Positions 55,036 through 64,000 of a stretch of DNA of 64,000 bases are shown piece after piece. A program made the position numbers and the translations under genes. This stretch comes from an uncultured Chloroflexia bacterium (GTDB lineage: Bacteria; Chloroflexota; Limnocylindria; Limnocylindrales; CSP1-4). The notes under the pieces were generated by a model that did no database searches, was not told the DNA's origin, and saw only the letters and a list, made by a program, of their open reading frames with translations. The stretch spans positions 64,040 to 128,039 of the forward strand of contig CAWJHK010000001.1 in the NCBI GenBank assembly GCA_963842695.1, given 5' to 3'. The stretch's first letter is position 1; each line of letters opens with the position of its first letter.

Positions 55036-55539
55036 GTGAGCACGACCGGGCGATCGGCACTGGTCGTCACCGCGAGCGACGGCGCTGCCGCAGGCGTGCG
55101 GGCCGACGAATCGGGCGCGCTCATCGAGGAACGCCTGGTCGGTCTCGGCTTCGTTGTCGAGCGACTCGTCGTCGCCGACGAGGAATGGGCGATCGAGGCC
55201 GCCCTCGTCGATGGCGCAGGCGGCCACGACCTCGTCGTGACCACCGGCGGGACCGGCCTGACCCCGCGCGACGTGACCCCGCAGGCGACCCGGGCCGTCC
55301 TCGACTACGAGGTCCCGGGCCTCGCCGAGGCGATGCGAGCGGCGGGCCGAGCGAAGACACCGCTCGCGGACCTGTCGCGCGGCCTGGTTGGCGTCCGCGG
55401 TCGGTGTCTCATCGTCAACCTGCCCGGCAGCCCGAAGGGAGCGGCCGAATTGTTCGATGCCGTCGCGCCGGTGCTCGACCACGCCCTCGAGACCCTCGCC
55501 GGCCCGTACGATCACGCGATCAGGTCCGAGGGAGGCTGA
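55036..55539 (+). CDS. molybdenum cofactor biosynthesis protein, MogA/MoaB family
   Basis: Distal part of ORF 54685..55539, from GTG 55036. VVTTGGTGLTPRDVTPQAT, PGLAEAMR and LIVNLPGSPKGA. Confidence 0.85.
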   Translation: MSTTGRSALVVTASDGAAAGVRADESGALIEERLVGLGFVVERLVVADEEWAIEAALVDGAGGHDLVVTTGGTGLTPRDVTPQATRAVLDYEVPGLAEAMRAAGRAKTPLADLSRGLVGVRGRCLIVNLPGSPKGAAELFDAVAPVLDHALETLAGPYDHAIRSEGG

Positions 55540-55546
55540 TCCCGCG

Positions 55547-57671
55547 ATGTTCGAGACCTTCGCCGAGGTCCCTGCATACCCGCTGGTCTTCCCGATCTTC
55601 TGGGGCGCGTTCGCGGTCTTCGCCCTGCTGATGGTCCGCCGCTGGCGGGTCTTCGAGGCCGTCCACGCGGTCGCCCCGTATTCGCCGCGCGAGATCCCGG
55701 TCCGGGCCTGGGGCGTCGTCCGGCACGCCTTCCTCCAGCCACGGATGTTCCGCGAGCGCCGCGTCGGGACGATGCACTACCTGCTGTTCGTCGGCTCGAC
55801 CGTCCTGCTCATCGGCAACATCAACATCGTGCTCGGTGGCCTGCCCCAGGCGATCGTGGGCTATCCGGTCGACGGCGCGATCTGGGCCCTGGCACTGGCC
55901 GCACAGAACCTCGTCGCGATCGGCGTGTTCGTGTCGCTCGTCTACATGTACAAGCGGCGGTTGATCGACCGGCCCTCGCGCCTGACCCTCGGTCGGACGG
56001 GCGTGCTGGTCCTCGTGATGATCACGCTCGTCGTCTCGACCGAGTTCCTGGCCCAGGGGTTCGAGGCCGCGCCGGTACGGCGACATCTACGGCGCCTGGG
56101 CCGCCAACGCGATGGCGGACGTCTTCCGCTCGCTGGGCGAACCGACGACCGAGGCGCTCTTCGTGACGCTCTGGTGGGCGCACATCGTCGTGCTCGCCGC
56201 GTTCCTGTTGTTCATCCCGACCAACAAGCATTTCCACGTGTACACGAGCTTCATCAACGTCTACTTCCGCAAGCTCGCGCCGCGCGGCGAGCTGCCGAAG
56301 CTCGACATCGAGAGCGAGGACGCGACGTTCGGGCTGCGGACGCTCCAGGACCTCGGCTGGAAGGACGTCCTCGACGGCTTCACGTGCACCGAGTGCGGTC
56401 GCTGCCAGGCGGCCTGCCCGGCCTGGAACACCGGCAAGCCGCTCAACCCGAAGACCTTCATCATGGGCATCCGGGACATGTCGAAGGCGGCCGAGGAGCG
56501 GGTCGACGTCATCCCGAACTCGCCGATCGTGCGCGAGACCTACGCCCTCGATGACACGACGATCCCGGCAGACGCGCTGGCCAAGCCGATCGTCGACACC
56601 GCCATCCCGTACGACGCGGTCTGGGACTGCGTCACCTGCGGCGCCTGCGTCGAGGCGTGCCCGGTGCTCATCGAGCACGTCGACAAGATCGTCGGCCTGC
56701 GCCGCAACCTGGTGCTCGAGGACAGCCGCTTCCCGACCGAGCTGACCGGTGCCTTCCGGGCGATGGAGACGCAGGGCAACCCGTGGGGCCAGCCGTCATC
56801 GGCCAGGCTCGACTGGACCCGCGATCTCCCGTTCGAGGTGCCGACCGTCGCGGCGATGGCATCCGACGGCGGACTCGACGACCTCGAGGTGCTCTACTGG
56901 GTCGGCTGTGCGGCGGCGTTCGACACGCGGAACCAGAAGGTCGCCCGGGCGGTCGCAACGTGCCTGCACGCGGCGGGCGTCCGCTTCGCGGTGCTCGGCC
57001 AGGAGGAGTCGTGCACCGGCGACCCGGCTCGCCGGATGGGCAACGACTACGTCTTCCAGATGCTGGCGATGGGCAACGTCGAGACGCTCGATCGCTACCG
57101 GATGGGGGAGCGGACGATCGTCACCGCGTGCCCCCACTGTTTCAACTCGCTCGGCGTCGAGTATGGCCAGCTCGGCGGCCGGTACACGGTCGTGCACCAT
57201 TCGACGTACCTCGCCGGACTGGTCTCGTCCGGGCGCCTCGCGACCCTCCCGGAGGATGCGACGTCGTCGACCGGCGACCACCGGCCGGGGAGCGTCACGG
57301 TCCACGACTCGTGCTATCTCGCCCGCTACAACAACGTCATCGCGGCGCCACGGAGCGTGCTGGGCGCCGCGGGCGTGTCGATCACCGAGATGGAGAAGTC
57401 GGGCAAGGACACGTTCTGCTGCGGGGCCGGCGGCGGCCACATGTGGATGGAGGAGAACCGCGGCACCCGGATCAACGCCGAACGGACCCGCCAGGTGCTC
57501 GCCACCGGCGCCGAGACGGTCGCCACGGCTTGCCCGTTCTGCATGGTGATGATGACCGACGGCCTCGCCGCAGCCGACGGCGGCTCGTCGGTCAAGGCCA
57601 TGGACATCAGCGAAGTGCTCGCAGCGCGGCTGGCGACGGCAGACCCCGGGAGGCAGCTACCCGTCGTCTAG
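55547..57671 (+). pseudogene. membrane-anchored HdrD/GlpC-like (Fe-S)-binding oxidoreductase, one apparent 1-nt insertion
   Basis: N-terminal multi-helix domain (ORF 55388..56554, from ATG 55547). It continues in ORF 56112..57671 with two 4Fe-4S motifs (CTECGRCQAACP, CVTCGACVEACP) and two CCG domains (CPHCFNSL, FCCGAGGG, CPFCMVMM). Shift near 56072. 2125 nt = 3n+1. Confidence 0.8.
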
Positions 57672-57697
57672 CAGAGACGTCGAGCCTCGCTACCGGC

Positions 57698-58423
57698 ATG
57701 TCCCGCGCCGGGAGAGACCAGCCCACGCTAGCCTTTCGCACCAGTGCCTGGAGACGCGCGTTGAAACTCCTTCTTACGTCCGCGGGGATCACGAACCCCA
57801 GCATTCGAGCCGCCCTGCTGGAGCTTCTTGGCAAGCCGATCGAGGAATGCACCGCCCTCGTCAACTCGACCCCGAGCTATCCGCTCCGGGGCGGTCCGCA
57901 GCTCGCCTGGAGCTTCATTGCCGGCCAGGAGCCTGAGACCCCGATGGTCGAGCTCGGCTGGAAGTCCGTGGGCCTGCTCGAGCTGACGGCGCTGCCGAGC
58001 ATCGCCCGAACCGTCTGGCTCCCCGGAGTCGAGGAGGCCGACGTCCTGCTCGTGAATGGCGGCGACACGATCTACCTCGACCGCTGGATGCGCGAGTCCG
58101 GCCTGGCGGAGATGCTCCCGTCGCTCGACCTCGTGTACGTCGGACTCAGCGCCGGGAGCCTGGTCATGGCGCCATCCGTGGCGGACAACTTCGCTTCCTG
58201 GACCCGTCCTGTCGGGGGCGAAGGTCTGGGCGTCGTCGACTTCGAGATCTTCCCGCACCTCGACAACCCCGATCTGCCACAGAACACGATGGCCGATGCG
58301 GAGCGGTGGGCGGCCGGCCTGACGGGGTCCGGCTACGCGATCGACGACCAGACCGCGATCAAGGTCGTCGATGGGGTCGCCGAGGTGATCTCGGAGGGAC
58401 ACTGGCGGCTGTTCGAGTCGTAG
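57698..58423 (+). CDS. peptidase S51 (dipeptidase E-like) family protein
   Basis: Distal part of ORF 56657..58423. KLLLTSAGI, VNGGDTIYL and GLSAGSLVMAP (nucleophile Ser). Start is ATG 57698, or TTG 57761 which gives M-KLLLTSAG. Confidence 0.8.
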   Translation: MSRAGRDQPTLAFRTSAWRRALKLLLTSAGITNPSIRAALLELLGKPIEECTALVNSTPSYPLRGGPQLAWSFIAGQEPETPMVELGWKSVGLLELTALPSIARTVWLPGVEEADVLLVNGGDTIYLDRWMRESGLAEMLPSLDLVYVGLSAGSLVMAPSVADNFASWTRPVGGEGLGVVDFEIFPHLDNPDLPQNTMADAERWAAGLTGSGYAIDDQTAIKVVDGVAEVISEGHWRLFES

Positions 58424-58472
58424 TGCCGTCATGAGTCGGTTGACGCGTCGGCCGATGCATGTACACGCGACG

Positions 58473-58478
58473 TACGAT
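58473..58478 (+). promoter_or_regulatory. -10-like hexamer TACGAT, 6 nt before ATG 58485 (leaderless arrangement)
   Basis: TACGAT-ctcgcg-ATG. Confidence 0.35.
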
Positions 58479-58484
58479 CTCGCG

Positions 58485-58838
58485 ATGGCGTCAGACCCCG
58501 AGGCCCGCTGGCAACATCTGGTCGATGAGATGCTGGCGGCCGGGTCCGCGACCTACGGCAATGCAGCGGCCGACGGCCCGAAGCGCGCTTTCGGGTCGAC
58601 GTCGCTCAAGACCAACGGGAAGATCTTCGCGATGCTCGTCCACGGCCGGCTGGTCGTGAAGCTGCCGGCGAAGCGTGTCGATGCACTTGTCGACGAGGGG
58701 GCGGGTCGGCGGTTCGATCCAGGGCACGGGCGGATCCAGCGCGAGTGGCTCGATGTCGTCTCGGATTCCTACGAAACGTGGCTGGCGCTCGCAACGGAGT
58801 CGGAGGCCTTCGTCGGGCGCCGCACGACCAAGGGGTGA
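58485..58838 (+). CDS. TfoX N-terminal-domain-like protein
   Basis: ORF 58431..58838 trimmed to ATG 58485. FGSTSLKTNGKIFAMLVHGRLVVKLPAKRVDALVDEGAGRRFDPGHGRIQREW fits the TfoX_N/DUF pattern. Confidence 0.6.
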   Translation: MASDPEARWQHLVDEMLAAGSATYGNAAADGPKRAFGSTSLKTNGKIFAMLVHGRLVVKLPAKRVDALVDEGAGRRFDPGHGRIQREWLDVVSDSYETWLALATESEAFVGRRTTKG

Positions 58839-58943
58839 TGCCCGCCCAGCGGCCCTGGGCCGGTGCGACGCAACATGGGTCGCGACGTGGCACGATTCCA
58901 GTGACCCCCAACGGAGATGACAGCGAGGACGTCAGGAGGCCCC

Positions 58944-59296
58944 ATGACCGGCTCTGAAACCGAGGGGATCATGACCGTGCTGCATCCCGTGTCCGATCTC
59001 GAGAAGGCCAAGCCGGTGTATACCGCCCTGATCGGCTCACCGCCGCAGACCGAGGGGCCGTACTACGTCGGGTACGACGCCGTCGGTCAGCACATCGGGC
59101 TGGTGCCGGGCGGGGGACCGCAGGGCATGACCTCGCCGGTGGCGTACTGGCACGTGCCGGAAATCGAGGCCAAGCTGGCCGAAGTGACGGCCGCGGGCGC
59201 GACCGTCAAGGACCCTCCGCGGAATGTCGGTGGCGGCCGACTCGTGGCCACCTTCACCGACGTCGACGGCAACGTGCTCGGGCTGATCCAGGACCA

Positions 59297-59300
<4 letters not shown>
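58944..59300 (+). CDS. VOC (glyoxalase/bleomycin-resistance fold) protein
   Basis: ORF 58917..59300 trimmed to ATG 58944, 4 nt after AGGAGG. HPVSDLEKAKPVY...YWHVPEIEAKLAEV...GGRLVATFTDVDGNVLGLIQ is a beta-alpha-beta-beta-beta VOC pattern. Confidence 0.8.
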
Positions 59301-61693
<2,393 letters not shown>

Positions 61694-61702
61694 GCGAGCC
61701 CC

Positions 61703-61927
61703 TTAGCTCGGCAGTCGTTTTCCGCAGGCGGAGCAGCGCTGCTCGGTGACGAGGTTGCCGACGCCGCACGACGGGCAGCGCTTCATCCCCTCGGTCGACG
61801 CGGCGTACGGGGTCTCGTGTGCCCCCGCGGTCGTGGGCGTCGGGCTCCGGCGAGTGATCGCAGCCAGTGCCAGGACGCCGCCGACGGCGGCGGTGACGAG
61901 CAGGACGAGGAGGATCGTCTGGTCCAT
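61703..61927 (-). CDS. small membrane-anchored zinc-ribbon protein (paralogue of 28842..29063)
   Basis: MDQTILLVLLVTAAVGGVLALAAI...STEGMKRCPSCGVGNLVTEQRCSACGKRLPS. Same architecture and the same 5' context (GGTAGTnnCATGGACCAGAC) as the copy at 28842. Confidence 0.6.
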   Translation of the reverse strand: MDQTILLVLLVTAAVGGVLALAAITRRSPTPTTAGAHETPYAASTEGMKRCPSCGVGNLVTEQRCSACGKRLPS

Positions 61928-62087
61928 GCCACTACCTCGGCCGACTGGAGTCCGGCCCCCGGCGCCGTGCTCGCCGACCTGTGTCGAACGCTACGCCGGC
62001 GGAGCGGCGATGGGAAGGCATGATTTCGTCACGGTGACGACCGGTTCCTCCGGCGGCCACGGCGGGTCCTCCGGCGCCGCTGCTACG

Positions 62088-63266
62088 ATGCCGGCGGTGA
62101 CCGAGTCGACGCCGCCCACGTATCGACTGACCGAGGAGCAGGCGCTGCTCCGCGACGCGGTCCGCACCCTCGCCGACGAACGAGTCGCGCCGCGCGCCGC
62201 CGACATCGATCGGACCGGCGAGTTCCCCCAGGACCTGCGGGAGCTGCTGGCCGCCCAGGACATCCTCGCGCTGCCGTTCCCGGTCGATCACGGCGGTCTC
62301 GGAGGCGACCTGTTGAGCATCTGCCTGGCCGTCGAGCAGCTCAGCCGGGCCTGTGCCACGACCGGGCTGATCCTCGCGGTCCAGGAGCTCGCCTCGCTGC
62401 CGCTGCTTCTCGCCGGAACGGACGACCAGAAGGCTCGATGGATCCCGGACCTGGCGGCCGGCCGTCGCCTGATCGCCTTCGCGCTGACCGAAGCCGAAGC
62501 GGGCTCGGACGTCGCGGCCATCCGGACTCGCGCCGTCCGGGACGGCGACGACTATGTCCTGACCGGCTCGAAACGGTTCATCAGCCACGGGTCCGTCGCC
62601 GACCTGATCACGGTCTTCGCGGTCACCGATGCCGAGGCGGACCGCCACGCTCGATTGTCTTGTTTCCTGGTCGAGGTTCCGACGGAGGGCTTCTCGGTCG
62701 CCCGGATCGAGCACAAGATGGGTCTCCGCGGCAGCCCGACCGCGGAGCTCGTGTTCGACGGCGTCCGTGTCCCGGCCGACGCACGCCTCGGTGCAGAGGG
62801 CGATGGATTCGACCTGGCGATGCGGACGTTCGATCGGAGCCGTCCGGGGATCGCCGCGCAGGCTGTCGGTATCGCCCAGGGGGCCCTTGAGGTCGCGACC
62901 GCCTACGCCGGCGATCGCCGGCAGTTCGGCAAGCGGATCGGCGACCTCCAGATGGTGGCCGCGATGCTGGCCGACATGGACGCCGCGACCGAGTCGGCTC
63001 GGCAGCTGCTGTACAAGGCCTGCGTCGAGATCGAGGCCGGCTCGCCCGAGGCGAGTCGCTGGTCGGCGCTGTGTAAACTCGTGGCCGGTGACGCCGCCAT
63101 GCGGGTCACGACCGACGCCGTCCAGGTCCTGGGCGGTTACGGCTATATCGACGAATTCCCAGTCGAGCGGATGATGCGTGACGCGAAGATCACCCAGCTC
63201 TACGAGGGAACCCAGCAGATCCAACGGTTGGTCGTCGCGCGGGCGCTGCTCGGCCGCGACGGCTGA
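62088..63266 (+). CDS. acyl-CoA dehydrogenase
   Basis: ORF 61746..63266 trimmed to ATG 62088 (ATG 62010 is an alternative). AFALTEAEAGSD, GSKRFISHG, KMGLRGSPTAELVF, GYGYIDEFPVERMMRDAKITQLYEGTQQIQ (catalytic Glu region). Confidence 0.9.
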   Translation: MPAVTESTPPTYRLTEEQALLRDAVRTLADERVAPRAADIDRTGEFPQDLRELLAAQDILALPFPVDHGGLGGDLLSICLAVEQLSRACATTGLILAVQELASLPLLLAGTDDQKARWIPDLAAGRRLIAFALTEAEAGSDVAAIRTRAVRDGDDYVLTGSKRFISHGSVADLITVFAVTDAEADRHARLSCFLVEVPTEGFSVARIEHKMGLRGSPTAELVFDGVRVPADARLGAEGDGFDLAMRTFDRSRPGIAAQAVGIAQGALEVATAYAGDRRQFGKRIGDLQMVAAMLADMDAATESARQLLYKACVEIEAGSPEASRWSALCKLVAGDAAMRVTTDAVQVLGGYGYIDEFPVERMMRDAKITQLYEGTQQIQRLVVARALLGRDG

Positions 63267-63293
63267 TCGGCGGCAGCGAGAGGACACCGCTTC

Positions 63294-64000
63294 GTGCGCA
63301 TCGTCGTCCTGACCAAGCCCGTGCCGGATCCGGCGTCGGGCGGTGAACGGCTCGGGCCGGATGGTCGACTCGATCGCGCGGTCGTGCCCGCCGTGGTCAA
63401 CGGCAACGACGAGTTCGCGCTCGAGGCGGCCCTCAAGCTCATCGAAGCCGCCGGGGAGGGCGAGGTCACGCTGCTGTCGATGGCGCCGCCGAATGCACCC
63501 GAGACGCTGCGCAAGGCGTTGGCGATGGGCGCCACGCGCGGGGTGCTCGTCACCGATCCAGGCCTCGAGGGATCGTGCGCGGTGTCCACGGCGCGTGTCC
63601 TGGCGGCGGCCCTCCGCGACCTCGAGTTCGATCTCGTGCTGGCCGGTGTCGACGCCTCGGACGGCGTCGGCGGCACGGTCCCGTCGGCGGTGGCGGCCCA
63701 TCTCGGGCTTCCGTACCTCTCGTATGCCGCCAGGATCGAGCCCGACATGACCGCCCGCTCCGTCCTCGTGCGCCGGATCAGCCCGACCGGCTACGACCTG
63801 CTGGAAGCCGCGTTGCCGGCGGTCATCGGCTGCACGCAGTCGCTCGGCGAGCCGAGGTACCCCTCGCTGAAGGGGATCATGGCGGCCCGCAACAAGGAGA
63901 TCGCGACGCGCTCGCTGGCGGATCTTGGCCTGGATCCGGGTTCGGTCGGGGGTGCCGCGGCGACGACGACGCTGCTCGACACGCGTCAGCCGCCGGCACG
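63294..64000 (+). CDS. etfB: electron transfer flavoprotein beta subunit, 3' end outside window
   Basis: Not in the ORF track because it runs off the window. My translation from GTG 63294, which has GAGAGGA upstream: VRIVVLTKPVPDPASG...NGNDEFALEAALKL...VTLLSMAPPNAPETLRKALAMGATRGVLV...GVDASDGVGGTVPSAVAAHLGLPYLSYA...PRYPSLKGIMAARNKEI. Confidence 0.9.
   Translation, partial: MRIVVLTKPVPDPASGGERLGPDGRLDRAVVPAVVNGNDEFALEAALKLIEAAGEGEVTLLSMAPPNAPETLRKALAMGATRGVLVTDPGLEGSCAVSTARVLAAALRDLEFDLVLAGVDASDGVGGTVPSAVAAHLGLPYLSYAARIEPDMTARSVLVRRISPTGYDLLEAALPAVIGCTQSLGEPRYPSLKGIMAARNKEIATRSLADLGLDPGSVGGAAATTTLLDTRQPPA

Overview
Very GC-rich bacterial chromosome segment. The gene order looks Actinomycetota-like, which is an inference. 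All calls rest on by-eye translation and motif recognition; no searches or folding were run.

**Layout**
- 1-26.8 kb: conserved housekeeping block. It runs pepP'-efp-xseA-xseB, dxs, tlyA-nadK-recN, xerD, scpA-scpB-rluB, cmk-plsC-ispH-der-gpsA, and ends at tRNA-Pro(GGG) with a clean intrinsic terminator.
- 26.9 to about 37.5 kb: poorly conserved. It holds small membrane, lipoprotein, zinc-ribbon and J-domain ORFs, gene fragments, short dispersed repeats, and about 2 kb with no convincing ORF. No integrase or transposase is present.
- 37.9-50.7 kb: envelope and carbohydrate genes (GH3, TIGR03118, an HlpA-like glycosyltransferase, UDP-xylose synthase), plus RDD, YdeI, an acyl-CoA dehydrogenase, a sulfotransferase and crcB-DUF190.
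- 50.8-64 kb: a cluster of unknown-function ORFs, moeA-moaC-mog, a membrane HdrD-like Fe-S protein, peptidase S51, a TfoX-like/VOC/UvrA-paralogue trio, and acyl-CoA dehydrogenase-etfB.

**Most striking observation**
At least 35 apparent single-base insertions break otherwise well-conserved genes.
- About 25 lie in six consecutive genes at 20.9-26.7 kb, five of them essential.
- Eight lie at 43.15-44.3 kb, with isolated events near 16.1, 46.06, 50.65 and 56.07 kb.
- Every resolved event shifts the frame +1; the scpB event near 16.1 kb nets -1, which fits two close insertions. No shared slippery motif is visible.
- I read this as uncorrected sequence error rather than biology, but it needs a read-level check.

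Many genes appear leaderless, with TANNNT placed 6 nt before the start codon. I found no CRISPR array, rRNA, IS element or recognisable defence system, and no clearly novel multi-gene system. The best follow-up candidates are listed in the findings.
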